This document shows, piece by piece, positions 26,503-40,322 of a DNA stretch of 64,000 nucleotides (position 1 is the first letter of the stretch; the number at the start of each line of letters is the position of its first letter). Origin of the DNA: Octopus bimaculoides. Lineage: Eukaryota. The stretch lies in the NCBI RefSeq assembly GCF_001194135.2, contig NC_069002.1, positions 13,322,937 to 13,386,936 on the forward strand, given 5' to 3'. Under the pieces are notes generated by a model. It did not search any database. It saw only the letters and a list, made by a program, of their open reading frames with translations, and was not told the DNA's origin. A program made the translations under genes and the position numbers.

Positions 26503-27003
26503 TTATAATACAGAATGGAATGAACAGGCTTTAATCCACATCATAACAACTGATTCAGTGCATTAGCACCAACTGTTCATTACTGAGTGTTTCACATATT
26601 ATACATGTTATCTGGCCATTAAGAATGAAATGTCCAATTTTGAACTGAAGGTTTATTTTACTTCATCTCAACAAAAAACAATATAGTTAATCAAAGTATG
26701 CACCTAAATTACCTAAATATTAATATATAAATATATTATATAAATATATAAATATGGTCCAGCAATGTCATCAGGTGAATAGCCTTGATCACAATTACTG
26801 GTACTACTACCATCTTTTTCATCAACCACAACTGCTTAACCTCCCAAGCTAATCTGTCATATCTATCAACTTTTTTCTTCCTTATCACATACCTTGTTGT
26901 CAGCTGGGCATGCTATATCTATGATCCGGCATTGTTTGCTTTCTTTCTCAATTAACACTATGCCTGGTTTCCTATTCTATATCTCATGGTCGCACTGAAT
27001 CAT

Positions 27004-27061
<58 letters not shown>

Positions 27062-27633
27062 GTTACAAACATAATCACACAGCCACACATGTCAGATACA
27101 ATTTAACACATTCATACATGTGCAACCCTGTACCACCCCACACACTCACAAATGCACTTACATTCCCCATTGTTCACAATGGAAAAGGCTGACACACCCA
27201 TACTCTTTCACACGTGCATGCACACCTAATAATAGAGGTCAGTAGCCCCATAATAGTAAGTCAGAGAGAAAAGTTGGGTAAGTACTACTGAGGTTCACTA
27301 GGTTACAGCTGCGGTTGTGTGGTAAGAAGTTTGCTTCCTTTGTGCATCTTCTATTGAAGTCGTAGACCAATCAAAGCCTCGTAAGTGAATTTGTTAAACA
27401 GAAACTGAAAGAAGCCTGTTGTGTGTTTGTGTGTGTGTGTGTGTGTGTGTAATGTGCATGTATATAAGGCACAGGTATGGCTGTGTGGTAAGAAGCTTGC
27501 TTCCCAACCATATGGTTCTGGGTTCAGTCCCACTGCATGGCACCTTGGGCAAGTGTCTTCTACCTTAGCCTCGGGTCAACCAAAGCCTTGTGAGTGGATT
27601 TGGTTGACGGAAACTGAAAAAAGCCCATCATAT

Positions 27634-27666
<33 letters not shown>

Positions 27667-27667
<1 letters not shown>

Positions 27668-27868
27668 GAGGAGGTGCTGAAAAGTTCTTGTCTTTGGGTA
27701 AAAGAAAATACAGGAGGATCAGTTAATTATGATCTTACTCAACATATTCTCCTCTCAGATTCACACTTACTGCACTGGTCCTTTCAGTTTTTCTAAACCC
27801 TGTAAAAGAACTTGGAAGATTGGGCCTCCAACTAGGCCTTTTGCAAGGAACTTTTCAGCACTTGCATG
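27667..27868. mobile_element. mariner-derived MITE (copy 1)
   Basis: TIR core GTGCTGAAAAGTTC at both ends in inverted orientation. The body is homologous to 50834-51044. Confidence 0.75.
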
Positions 27869-27913
27869 TATATATATATATATGTATATATATAAAACCA
27901 CTTNNNNNNNNNN

Positions 27914-27955
<42 letters not shown>

Positions 27956-28566
27956 AAACCACTTCTATTTCCTTCCCCTTCTCCCCACCAAACTAATATC
28001 CACCCTTGACCACCTCTCCACCCTGGTCCATTATTCATTACATTCACCTCCACCCCCAGCAACCGGCTGTCACTCTCCTTTAACATTCTTACAAACCATT
28101 CACTCTTCACCTTCCTTTTTCACTATTCTTTCTTAGAATCACCTTTACTGTACCTTCTGAGTGCACTCTGAAACCTTGTCACCACCACCATTGTCTTCTT
28201 TCCAGCTGCTCCCATCCACCCTTATATAATGTGGGGTAACCATATATCTCCTCTATAGTGAGACACCTGTTCCTGTCTACAGTGAGACACCTGTTCCTGT
28301 CTACAGTGAGACACCTGTTGTACTTTAACCTCTTGTCACTTGATATAAATCCACCTCCCCTCAATACTAGGCCTCTCTTGGGTGAGGGTTCTTGTCTTGT
28401 GAGTTACTTGGTGACATCACTGGTGTCATTGTTATGAAAAAAGCACCTGGTACCCAGTCTTCCAGCTCGTCGGATCCTGTCAAATCATCCAACCCATGCC
28501 AGCATGGAAAAAGAGACGTTAAATGATGATGATATATTCAAAGACACTTGCTTATTCATACAGATG

Positions 28567-28608
<42 letters not shown>

Positions 28609-29439
28609 TTCTATCTTCTGGGTATTTGTGTAGAACACACAATGCTCTCGGTACTCCGAAGAAAAGCTGAAAGAATCTAACCTAACATACATGTAAAGCG
28701 ATATGCACAAGATACATTAAAAAGAACAAATGTCTTTTTATTGATATTCTTTAAAGACTTTTTGCAGGACCTTCAAGACTAGTGGGGGGAAGAGGGAAGG
28801 TTAACCCTTTTGCATTCAGATTTCTTTGTTAAATGTAATGCTTATTTATTCATATTGATATTAATTAGTCACACATTATCTCATAGCTTCAAGTTTTCAA
28901 TGATAAGATTGTTTATCTTTACAATAACATTATAGGGTGAGAGGTTGGGTCTGGCCAGTTTGAAGATAAAACATAGAGATTATTTTGGCCAGATATGGCC
29001 TTTTTAAATTCTTATGCGTTTATTCCTGTAATTACTTCAACTGGATATCAGTGCTGACGAGTGGGGCCTGTCCAATTAGTAGTGCAACCTTGATAGGCCT
29101 TTGTAAGTGTACTACTTCCACTGGGACCTGCTGACAAATTGTGGTGGATTTACGCAAGGAATGGTGCCCATAGCATGTCAAGTTATTGAGTTAGCTTCAG
29201 AATAAAAACTTGGTTTAAATGGAACAAATTCGGCCAAGAGCAACTGAATGTCAGGTGCTATCATTAAAATAGGTGATGGATTAGGTTTGTAAAAGGTTGA
29301 TAGTAGCAATAGAGACTTTAGCCTCTCTCTATGACCTTTCAACAAAATTATATATTAAGAAACAGTAGAACAATTAGTAACATGATAAAAATAAGTTTTA
29401 TTTTTGGTGATGCTTGGCTTTACAAAATCCTGTGTCATT

Positions 29440-29720
29440 CATACTGGTAGCCGCTGGTTAACATGTAATCGACATCTGGATATTAAGAGCTTCGTTGAGG
29501 AGTGCCAAAGGAGCAAGTAATTGTCACGTCAAAAGCATCGCGCTAAAGAGGCTTAGAAAGCGCGCAAAGCGCTTTAAGTACTGGTTTTACTATGCATGCA
29601 CACTCGAGGGGCTTCCGGGAAGGCAAGTACCTTGCGCATGTGTAGATTGTATTTCCTTAATGGCGGCCATAATTTCGCACCACTACAAGTTTATGCTTCT
29701 TTGTATAAAAATACCTACAT
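29440..29720. promoter_or_regulatory. CpG-rich, non-repetitive, promoter-like island in the PH-PTB intron
   Basis: GTCACGTCA 29523-31 (CRE-like), TTCCGGGAA 29613-21 (GAS/ETS-like), TGCGCATG 29633-40 (NRF1-like) and AATGGCGGCCAT 29659-70 (YY1-like). CpG is visibly denser than in the flanks. Motif matches only. Confidence 0.35.
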
Positions 29721-32070
29721 GCAATGCTTGCACTGGCAAACAGTCCCCAGTAACAACATCTCAGGTGATAACACTACACTAAGTACATCACCTGCAATTC
29801 TATTACCAAATAATTTCGTGGTAAACCATTTGCATGACACCAGAATCTTCCACGACTGCAATTTTCCTTGGCTTGAAGGGTCTTCTTCTCAAGCACGACA
29901 TAATGCCAAAGCTCTCAGTCATTCATCATTGCCTTTGTAAGGTCCAACACTCAAAAGGTACTTTTCACATGCCACTGGCATTGGCCAGTTTGCCTCCATG
30001 AGGTGCTTTTTATGTGCCACCAGCATGAAAGCATGAAAGCTCTAAAGATGCTTTTATGTACCACCAGCATGGGTGCCAGTTACGTGACACCAGCATCAGC
30101 CATGACTATGATTTCACTTGGCTTGGTGGGTCTTCTCAAGCACAGCGTATTGCCAAAGGTCTTGGTCACCAGTCCATTGCCTTTGTGAGGCCCAAAGTTC
30201 GAAGATCCCAGGGGTAGCCTGTCTTAAATTCCTCTGTTATTGCCTGGAGGACTATGATGAACAAGAGGGGCCTGAGGACTGATCCTTGGTGAACCCCTAC
30301 TTGCACCCTGAGTGAACTCACCCATTACATTTTTGGAGTGGTTAGCATTAGGAAGGGCATCCAGCTGTAGAAACCATGCCAAATGAGACTGGAGTCTGGT
30401 GCAACCTTCCAGCTGGCCAGCCCTGGTCAAACTGTCCAACCCATGCCAGCATGGGAAACAGGTGATAATGTTTATACTGGATTATACAGGTTTATACTGG
30501 TTTATACAGGTGCAGGCAGGGCCATGTGGTTTAGAAGTTTGCTTTCCAGCCGCACAGTTTTGAGCTTATGGTACTTTGGGCAAGAGTCTTCAATTACATC
30601 CCTAGCCTAAGCAATTCCTTCTGATTGGGTTTCGTAGACAGAATTTGAATATATCTTATTATTTTGTGTGTGTGTGTGTGTGTGTGTGTCCCCTCTTGTC
30701 TTGACATAGCATGGTAAATTTTAAACAAGTGTCACTATTGTATAAGCAGTTTCCAATTTTCTGCAGAAACATATCTGGTCATTGGGGAAATATTACAATG
30801 CTTGGAAACAGGTGCGAGTTGGCAACAGGAAGGGCATCCAGCTGTAGAAAATCTATCTCAATGAAATTTCATCTGACCCATGCAAGCATGGAGAAGTAGG
30901 TGTTAAAACGACGATGGTGATGGCTACAAGACTAAATAAACACTTGCATCTACCATGGCATCACGGTAGAGACAATATTTTTAATTATGACTTCTATAAG
31001 AAAACATTGCAATTTGATGACAATAAAGTAAATTCTGTTGTTCAAACTACTTACTACAAAAATATAACAATGTGGCCTTAATTTTAATTATATTTTAATT
31101 TGATCTGATGAGAGAATAATGGCAAATAATAAAACATTAACATATCAGTTTATTTAGTGACAGGAAATGAGTGACAAGTATTTCTAGGAAGAGTCATTTA
31201 TCTTTTTTTTTGGTTTGCATGACACAAACCATAGTGACAATTCTAAAGGGAGAGAGAGAGGGGAGAGTGTGTAAGTATGTTAAAATAATGTTATCATTGA
31301 TGTATATAACCCAAGAAACCTTTTCTGTTCCAGCCCTTCTCTCTCATACTTTACCTCCTCTCAATTCCTTATTCTCCTCACATAAGGTTTCCTCTCACCC
31401 TCCCTATTCAGGGTTTGTAGTCTTGGAAAATGCATGGTGATCTCACTAGTGCTGGTGTTCACAATAAAGTGTGCCCAGTGCAATCTGTAAACTGGCTAGT
31501 GTAGGGAGGGCAATCCAGCCACAGAAACCCCTTCCAAAGAAGACCCTGGAGCATGATGTAGCCCTTGGTCTCACTGGATCCTATGAAACCATCCAGCCCA
31601 TGCCAGCATGGAGCACAGACATTAAATAATGGTGATGATGATAATGATGTTTATTTTTGTGAAATTACATATCCAAACAATCTAACATTAAATTAAAGGA
31701 TTACTGAATACATTTTAGTAGAATACCAGTTTGTAATCCGTCAATTAAACTTTTGCATAAAAAAACTTGACAGTAACTTCAAAGTTTTAGCGTTGTAACA
31801 CTCCATATTACAATTCAAGACAAAAGCACAATAAATATAAGGTATTGAATCCTACCTGCAAAGGGACAATAAATATTGAGTCCTATCTGCCCACCCACCC
31901 TGTCATTAAATGTTCGGTGGATATTCTTAAACTAATTAAGTGTTATTAGAAGCCTGTCATATATATATTTATATGTACATAGGTGCAAGCATAGCTGTAG
32001 TAAAAAGTTTGGTTCCCAACCACATGGTTCCAGGTTCAGTCCCACATCATACATGTACATCGCACATGTA

Positions 32071-33663
32071 CACCCCTAAAAAATTTCAGTGAAATTGCTG
32101 TTACTGTGATAATATCAAAGGAAATCAAATGAAATTTATACTGAATAAAATATATTATACATGCAAACATTATACAAATTTAGAACACAAAACAGCGAAC
32201 ATTTTCAAAGATTTGAATGAAATATTAAGTTTCAAATGATACAAAAATATGTACACCTTGAAGGAAATTTGCTATATTCAATATTCTATCCACTTTTTTA
32301 CTAAATTCAGATGTTGCTGATAGTTTCAATTCTAATAAATTATTCCTCCTGGCATTTTTACACCGGCCATTGTTATTGCATCTGCAGGAATTTTGATTTG
32401 TGTAAAAAATCTTCTTCATTGTGATTAAAATGGCACCAAAAGGAAAAGAATTGTCTGAAGATTTGAAGAAAATTATTTTTAATTTAATTTGCGCAAGAAT
32501 GGTTTCGGATGCAAATTAATTATCTAACGAATACATATTAGCATAAACACAGTTGCCAAAATAAATCAGAATTACAAAGCTACTGGACGGCTAAGCAATA
32601 AACATCGACCAGGTCATCCTTCTAGTTTAACTGTGCATGATATTTGCCATATCCAACATTGTGTGATGGATGACAGGCGTTGTACTGCTTCATCTTTGGC
32701 CCAAGAAGTGTCTTCTGTTAGTGGAAAGTGTGTATCCACTCAAACAGTTTGCTGAAGTTTGAACCAGTGTGGTCTTCATGGATGCATTCCTCTTAGGAAG
32801 CTTCTCACTACCAGGCGTAAATCAAGTCATCTTTCTTTTGCCGAAACCTGTGTGAGTAAGGGGAAGGAGTTTGGGAATAAAATTCCTTTTTTTTGATGAG
32901 ACTAAAATTAACTTGTTTGGGTCAGATGGTATTAAACAAGTATGGTGACGACCAGGTGAAGATAATAGCGAACAAATGCACCGTGCCTTCTGTGAAACAC
33001 AGCAGCAGAAGTGTTATGCTTTGGGGATGCATGAGTGCGGCTGGTGTGTGAGGATTCACATTTATTGAGAGAACAATGGATTCAAGGCTTTATTGTGACA
33101 TATTGCAGAAAACAATGTTGAGAACCATCAAGGACCTAGGAAGACATTCCATGTTCCAACACGATAATGACCCTAAACACACTTCAAAGAAGACAGCCAA
33201 GCTTTTATCAGGTAAAAAGGTAAAGGTATTGCCTTAGCCTACCATGTCACCTGGTTTAAACCCTATAGAACATCTGTGGGGTGTTTTAAAAATGAAGGTT
33301 GAGGAGAAAAAACCCTGCAACATAACAAGTTGAAAGACATCATTCAGGATGAATGGAGGTTGATTTCATTGGTTATATTCAGAAATTTAGTCGACTCTAT
33401 GTCCAGAAGACTTAATGCAGTCATTGAAAGCAAAGGTGGTCACACCAAATATTGAATATAGCAAATAAACCTTTAGTGTGTACATATTTTTGAATCGTTT
33501 GAAAATTGATATTTCGTTCATATCTTTGAAAATGTTTATTGTTTTGTGTTCCAAATTTGTATAATGTCTGCATTTATAATATATTTTATCCAATATAAAG
33601 TTCGCTTGATTTCCTTCAATATTATCAGAGTAATGGTAATTTTACTGAATTTTTTAAGGAATA
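32071..33663 (+). mobile_element. Full-length degenerate Tc1 transposon (DD34E) with about 194-bp TIRs
   Basis: TIRs at 32071-32264 and 33470-33663, with TA on both sides. The transposase at 32430-33455 reads MAPKGKELSEDLKK...DETKINLFGSDG...FQHDNDPKHT...SPGLNPIEHLW...GGHTKY*, with 34 residues between the second D and E. It carries frameshifts and stops. Confidence 0.93.
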
Positions 33664-33680
33664 TACATACTTCTGTGAGA

Positions 33681-33731
<51 letters not shown>

Positions 33732-35024
33732 CAACAGGCTTCTTTCAGTTTCCATTTACCAAATCCACTCACAAGTCTACAGTAGAAGACACTTGCCCAA
33801 GGTGCTATTCAGTGGGACTGAACCTGGAACCATTATATATATATATGTGTATATTACATAAAAATGAATAGAAAAAATGGAGATATACAATTGTCAATTC
33901 AAAAATTAAAATTTATTAACATAGTACTATATTATATTATATTCTTATCATAATATAATATAATATATATTAAATACAAATTGCATACAATTGTTTTGAT
34001 TCTTACCTATAATAAAATTATAAAAATCCATTGTTTGTGGATAAGAATCTCTTCGGTGTAATTTTTGAATATATGAGGATTCACAGAGCCAGGAAAAGAC
34101 TGAATTTAAATACATTTATGTTTTTAAGTGTTAGCGTCAATAATTAAAAACAAAGATGAAAAATAAAAAGTAAACTAATATAACGGCCATAAAATATATT
34201 TCGTTATCATCATCAATCATCCTGGCATGATTTGAACTCATAACACAATACTAAACAGCATCTCATCCACTGTTCAGCATTATTTTTTTCATATTCCTAC
34301 TAATATAAGCACTTCTATGTCATATAACATCATCGTCATTTAACATCTGTTGTCCATGCTGGCATGGGTTGGACGGTTTGGCTGGGCTGGCATACTGGAA
34401 GGCTGCACCAGACTCCAGTTGATTTGGCATGGTATTTCTACAGCTGGATGCCCTTCCTAACGCCAACCATTCTGAGAGTCTAATGAGTGCTATTATGTAC
34501 CACCGGCACGGGTGCCATATGCATGACACCGGCGTACTTTTGCATGACATCAGTGTCTGCCACAACTGTGATTTTGCTCGGCTTGATGGGTCTTCTTCTC
34601 AAGCATGACATAATGCCAATGGTCTTGGTCATTGCCTCTGTGAAGCCCAACACTCGATAGGAACTCAGCCACTTTGCCTCCATGAGGGAAAATGTTTGTA
34701 TACTATTAGTTATTTTAATCTAACTATATCTTAGAGCATTAGTTTTTTTAATACCAGGAACAATATTTAAAAATATATTTTTAAAAAGCATTTAAGAAAA
34801 AAACATGGCGAAATAAGAAATAACCTTTTCATTCTTTATTAAAAATACATGCTATTATAATAACAATTCGCTATTTATCTATCTGTAAATAGCAAAATGA
34901 TATATTTAAAATACTTTATCTTCTCTGGTCAAATAGCAAATAATAATATTGATTACTTTGCATTAATTATTTATTATAATCATTACTAAAAATCAAAGAT
35001 TAATAATTAATAATTAAAAATTAC

Positions 35025-35048
35025 ATAGTTTGTATGTGTGTGTGCGTA

Positions 35049-35079
<31 letters not shown>

Positions 35080-35114
35080 GTATAGATAGATGTATGTGTA
35101 TATATGTGTGTATG

Positions 35115-35146
<32 letters not shown>

Positions 35147-35184
35147 TGAATGTGAATGTATTTATATAGATGTATATATGTGTG

Positions 35185-35234
<50 letters not shown>

Positions 35235-35276
35235 TGTATGTGAATGTATTTATATAGATGTATATATGTGTGTATG

Positions 35277-35327
<51 letters not shown>

Positions 35328-35360
35328 ACACTTATGTATGTGAATGTATTTTTATGTATA
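35025..35360. repeat. Compound (TG)/(TA) microsatellite with an internally duplicated unit
   Basis: The motif ATGTGAATGTATTTATATAGATGTATATATGTGTGTATG recurs at about 35150 and 35238. Confidence 0.85.
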
Positions 35361-36040
35361 TATGTATATGTATCTATCTACTCACACACATTGTATTTGT
35401 GAATGCTATAATTCCGGTGAACACTATTCATTCTCATTCTCTATTAAGTGTTGTTAAATATTATGGGTTCTTGGTATTCACATTTCCTGTTTGTTAAATC
35501 CTGTTTCATCTGAGATCAATAACTACACTCGAAATGACTCTCCCTCTCAAATTTATAAGAATTATTTTCCAAATATATTTATGTTAATTACAGTTTTGTG
35601 AGTTGTAATTGTTACTGTTATTATTATTATTTGTGCTATTCATATCTTGGATTGTTATTGCTTTCTGATCTGTGTTGGTGAATAATTTGATCAAACTGCA
35701 TGATGTACCACTTAGCCGAGTTAATTCTATTCTTATTGTAACTTTTAACAAACCAGGACATACAAACAAATGCCATCTTTTTACTTGTTTCAATCACTGA
35801 ATTGTGGCCATGCTGGGGCCATGACCTTGAAATGTTCTGTTGAAAGAATCGACCCCAGTGTTTATTCATTAAGCTTAGTACTTACTCTATTAGTCTCTTT
35901 TGGTGAACTGCTAAGTTGTGGCGATGTAGACAAACAACTCCTGTTGTCAAGCAGTGGGAGAGGACAAATAGAGACACACACACATACATGTATGTATGTA
36001 TGTATGTATGTAGACATACATCTGCATGTATATGTATGTT

Positions 36041-36090
<50 letters not shown>

Positions 36091-36269
36091 TGCTGAGCGT
36101 GAGAAGACCCGGCAAGCCAAGTGAGACCTAAATCCAAGGCCTCTGCCAGGGGTGTAGCCAGCCCACTTATGCGTACCTTTCCTTCATTGGACACTAAACT
36201 CCGCTTGCAAAGACCTGTTGAGGCAAGTGAAATCTAAACTGAACTAAATTCAACGACTGGCACCCATGC

Positions 36270-36690
36270 CAACTTCGTCTCCTTCATTGGACACGAAACT
36301 CAGCTTGCGAAGACTTATTGGGGCAAGCGAAATCGGGATGGCACCTGTGCCCAGTGTCGAATTTCTGGCACTTGTGCCTGTGGCATGTGTAAGGATTTTT
36401 GAGCGAGATCGTTGCCAGTGCGCCTGGACTGGCTCTTGTGCAGGTGGCACATAAAATACACCATTTTGAGCGTGGCCGTTGCCAGTACCGCCCGACTGGC
36501 CTTCGTACTGGTGGCACGTAAAAGCACCCACTACACTCTCTGAGTGGTTGGCGTTAGGAAGGACATCCAGCTGTAGAAACTCTGCCAAATCAGATTGGAG
36601 CCTGGTGTAGCCATCTGGTTTCACCAGTCTTCAGTCAAATCGTCCAACCCATGCTAGCATGGAAAGCGGACGTTAAACAACGATGATGAT
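36270..36690 (+). mobile_element. Long family B retroposon copy with reiterated hairpin subunits
   Basis: Homologous to 43790-44340. Units of about 66 bp contain GCCAGT-N8-ACTGGC followed by GGTGGCAC.TAAAA.CACC, then the family B tail. Confidence 0.75.
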
Positions 36691-36725
36691 ATATACATAT
36701 CTATATATATATGTGTGTGCGTGTG

Positions 36726-36958
36726 TTATTTCTTTACTACCCACAAGGGGCTATACACAGAGGGGACAAACAAGGACAGACAAACGGATTAAGTCGATTA
36801 TACCGACCCCAGTGCGTAACTGGTACTTATTTAATCGCCCCCGAAAGGATGAAAGGCAAAGTCGACCTCGGCGGAATTTGATCTCAGAACGTAGCGGCAG
36901 ACGAAATACCGCTAAGCATTTCGCCCGGCGTGCTAACGTTTCTGCCAGCTCGCCGCCT
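36726..36958 (-). mobile_element. tRNA-derived SINE, family C (well-preserved copy)
   Basis: Minus strand GGCGGCGAGCTGGCAGAAACGTTAGCACGCCGGGCGAAATGCTTAGCGG...CAAATTCCGCCGAGGTCGACTTTGCCTTTCATCC. Other copies at about 1970-2100, 3340-3500, 5445-5640, 14165-14600, 15290-15500 and 37015-37150. Confidence 0.8.
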
Positions 36959-39199
36959 TAAATGTGTGTGTGTGTGTGTGTGTGTCTCTTCTATTTTTTA
37001 ATTACTATAAATCTTAAGGCGGTGAGCTGGCAGAAACATTAGCATGCCGTGTGAAATGCTTAGTGGTGTTTCCTCTCTCTTTATGTTCTGAGTTCAAATT
37101 TATATCGACTGTTCCCCTCGCCTCAAAATCACTGCCCTTGCACCTAAATTAGAAAATGTTATGTCCGGCCCACATGAAAACACAGTTTGGTAGAGGTGGC
37201 CATGTTTCACTTTCTATAAGTTTTTCAAAGAAATGAGGGGTAAGGCCAATGAAATTTTATTGCAAAATATAGGACAGGATGCATGAATAAATAGGTTTTT
37301 TCTAAATGCAGAGATTTCTTCTTCAATTGAAACAAGTAGTGAGAAGGGTGAGGAATGGCTGTGCCCCTGTAGCAATTCTAGGAAGAACACTGGTTGGTTT
37401 TAGAGGGAAAGAGAGAGGGAAATGAGAAAAATGGATTTGTAATTAAATACTGAGTGAGAAAGTGGTAAAAACAAAAATAACTGAGTTGTAAAGGGGTCTG
37501 CTAATGGAAAAGTACAAAATGAGGAAGTAAGTTTTGGTAAATGGAGGATCTTAATTCTAAGTAGGAGTGTAAAACCACGAAAAAAAACAAAAAAACAATT
37601 GTAATATGAGTGTGTGTGGAAGATATGTATGTGTGCATGGGGATGTGTATGTGGGTGCGTATGTATATGTATGTTTATATAAATTTGTTCATGTGTGTTT
37701 GTGTGTAAGTATGTGTGTGTGTATGTATATTCGTGATTGTATGTGTGTGTTTGTGTGTATATTCGTGATTGTATGTGTGTGTTTGATAAATGGTGACAGT
37801 AACACTGCAGTGAGATTGTGGAATTCTAGAAATGTTGATAATGGGTTTGGGGAATTTAATTTGCCAAACAGACTGCAAGGAATTCATGTGAGAATATGAA
37901 GAATGTCTGATAACACAAGACTTTCACTTCTCGGTGTGGATGCCCTTCCTGTCACCGATCCTCACCTGTTTCCAAATAAGGTAATATTTCCCCATGGCCA
38001 GATATGTTTACCCGGAAGACTGGAAATGAAGGACACCGCTTATATGATGATGACACTTATTTACAACTATCACATGATGCCAAGATAACGAGACACAAAC
38101 ATATACATACTCACTTGTTCATGAACACACACACACATGTATATAGATATACAATGGGCTTCTTTCAGTTTTTGTCTACCAAATGCTGTCACAAGGCTTT
38201 GGTCAACCTGGGGCTGGAATTGAACCCAGAATCATGTGTTGTGGGAAACAAACTTCTTAACCACACAATCACATCTAATGCTACACACACAAACACACAC
38301 ACATTCCCTCTCTCTCTCTCTGGGAGAGAAGCACAAGCACATACACAGACATATACACACACGGCAGTAACTTCCGCCTACCAAATTCAATCACAAAGCT
38401 TCAGTCGGCTCGAGGCTATAGCAGAAGACACTTGCCCAAGGTGCCACGCGGTGGGACTGAACCCGAAACCATGTAGCTATTTATGCAAATTTGGAAGACT
38501 GATGAAGGAATGGTGAATGCTGATCTCAGTAATGACAAACTCGGGTATGATAAGGGACTGCCACATGTGGCAGGACACTGTGCTTGAGGTAACCTGGCCA
38601 ATCCATGCAAACACTTTATTTCACGTTGCTCCAGTTCACTCGGCTGTAGAAATAAGTTGTGATGTCACTGGTGCCAAGCTGTATCGACCTATGTCTTTCC
38701 CTTGGATAACATCAGTGGTATGGAGAGGAGANNNNNNNNNNTCGACCTATGTCTTTCCCTTGGATAACATCAGTGGTATGGAGAGGAGAGGATGGTATGC
38801 ATGGGTGACTGCTGGTCTTCCATAAACAACCTTGCCCAGACTTGTGCCTTGGGGTGAAACTTTCTGGGTGCAATCACATGGTCATTCATGACCAAAAGGG
38901 GTCTCTACCAACCTGCCTCAGACCATTCCTGGTTCTATGATACAAACTTCCTGTTTCAAAGTGATCTAAATTAAAATCTCACATCAAAATTTCATGTCAA
39001 TTCATGTTCCAAACATCAGATTAAAAATGACAAAGTTATTTTTATCAATTCTTCATTATTTTGAAACTTAAAACAAAAGGCAGTGTATTTTCACAGAATT
39101 ATGGTAAGGAAAGGGTCAAAGCATTGATAATGTTGGTGTTTGGTGGTGATGATGAGGAGGATTTGGGTGTTTATGGAATAAAACTCAATTATGTCAAAC

Positions 39200-39460
39200 A
39201 TTCATAAAATTATCCGCCATCTTTCCAACAACAGTTTTGGGCACCTTTTTGAATTCTGTATTTCTAACAATCGCAGACATGCTTACAAAATCAAAAAAAC
39301 AACAACACAGCACCCTTGACTTTCGGGAACGCTTTCCACACTCAGAATTGCTGAAGCATGGAATAAACTACTTGCATCAGTTGTTAGCTGTTGGCACACT
39401 ACATCCTTAAAAACTTTCGTGCTTCCTGAAATTCACCATCAGTACACCTGACTCCTCCAC
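39200..39460 (+). mobile_element. CR1/L2-like LINE 3' end fragment
   Basis: With frameshifts it reads HAYKIKKQHSTLDFRERF.TLRIAEAWNKLLASVVSCWHTTSLK, matching the FF..RV...WN.LP..VV......FK terminus of CR1-type ORF2. Confidence 0.6.
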
Positions 39461-39479
39461 CTGCTATTTATTTATTTTT

Positions 39480-39673
39480 TTACTTACTCTTTTATTTGTT
39501 TCAGTCATTTGACTGTGGCCATGCTGGAGCATCACCTTTAGTCGAGCAAATCGACCCCAGGACTTATTCTTTGTAAGCCTAGTACTTATTCTATCGGTCT
39601 ATTTTGCCGAACCGCTAAGTGACGGGGACATAAAAACAACAGCATCGGTTGTCAAGCAATGCTGTGGGGACAA

Positions 39674-39680
<7 letters not shown>
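39480..39680 (-). mobile_element. SINE-like family D
   Basis: Homologous to 19160-19275 and 35775-35975. It shares the ATAAGTAC/CTGGGGTCGAT motifs with family C. Confidence 0.65.
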
Positions 39681-39713
<33 letters not shown>

Positions 39714-40322
39714 GACGGGCTTCTTTCAGTTTCCGTCTACCAAATCCACTCACAAGGCTTTGGTCGGCCTGAGGCTATAGTAGNNNNNNNNNNNNNNNNN
39801 NNNNNNNNNNNNNNNNNNNNNNNNNNNNNNNNNNNNNNNNNNNNNNNNNNNNNNNNNNNNNNNNNNNNNNNNNNNNNNNNNNNNNNNNNNNNNNNNNNNN
39901 NNNNNNNNNNNNNNNNNNNNNNNNNNNNNNNNNNNNNNNNNNNNNNNNNNNNNNNNNNNNNNNNNNNNNNNNNNNNNNNNNNNNNNNNNNNNNNNNNNNN
40001 NNNNNNNNNNNNNNNNNNNNNNNNNNNNNNNNNNNNNNNNNNNNNNNNNNNNNNNNNNNNNNNNNNNNNNNNNNNNNNNNNNNNNNNNNNNNNNNNNNNN
40101 NNNNNNNNNNNNNNNNNNNNNNNNNNNNNNNNNNNNNNNNNNNNNNNNNNNNNNNNNNNNNNNNNNNNNNNNNNNNNNNNNNNNNNNNNNNNNNNNNNNN
40201 NNNNNNNNNNNNNNNNNNNNNNNNNNNNNNNNNNNNNNNNNNNNNNNNNNNNNNNNNNNNNNNNNNNNNNNNNNNNNNNNNNNNNNNNNNNNNNNNNNNN
40301 NNNNNNNNNNNNNNNNNNATGG

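Noticed and set aside
28257-28319. 24-bp repeat x2.6; also 17-bp x3 at about 17933-17985 and 21-bp x2 at about 3480-3525, considered as CRISPR-like
   Set aside because: They are head-to-tail duplications without spacers, inside retroposon remnants, in a eukaryote with no cas genes.
29030-29340. Unique-looking sequence checked in several frames on both strands as an exon of a nested gene
   Set aside because: There are stops in most frames and no recognisable motif.
29495-29940. ORFs 29495-29782 and 29596-29940 as stand-alone genes
   Set aside because: No recognisable domain, and the 3' part runs into repeat sequence. It is kept only as a promoter-like island.
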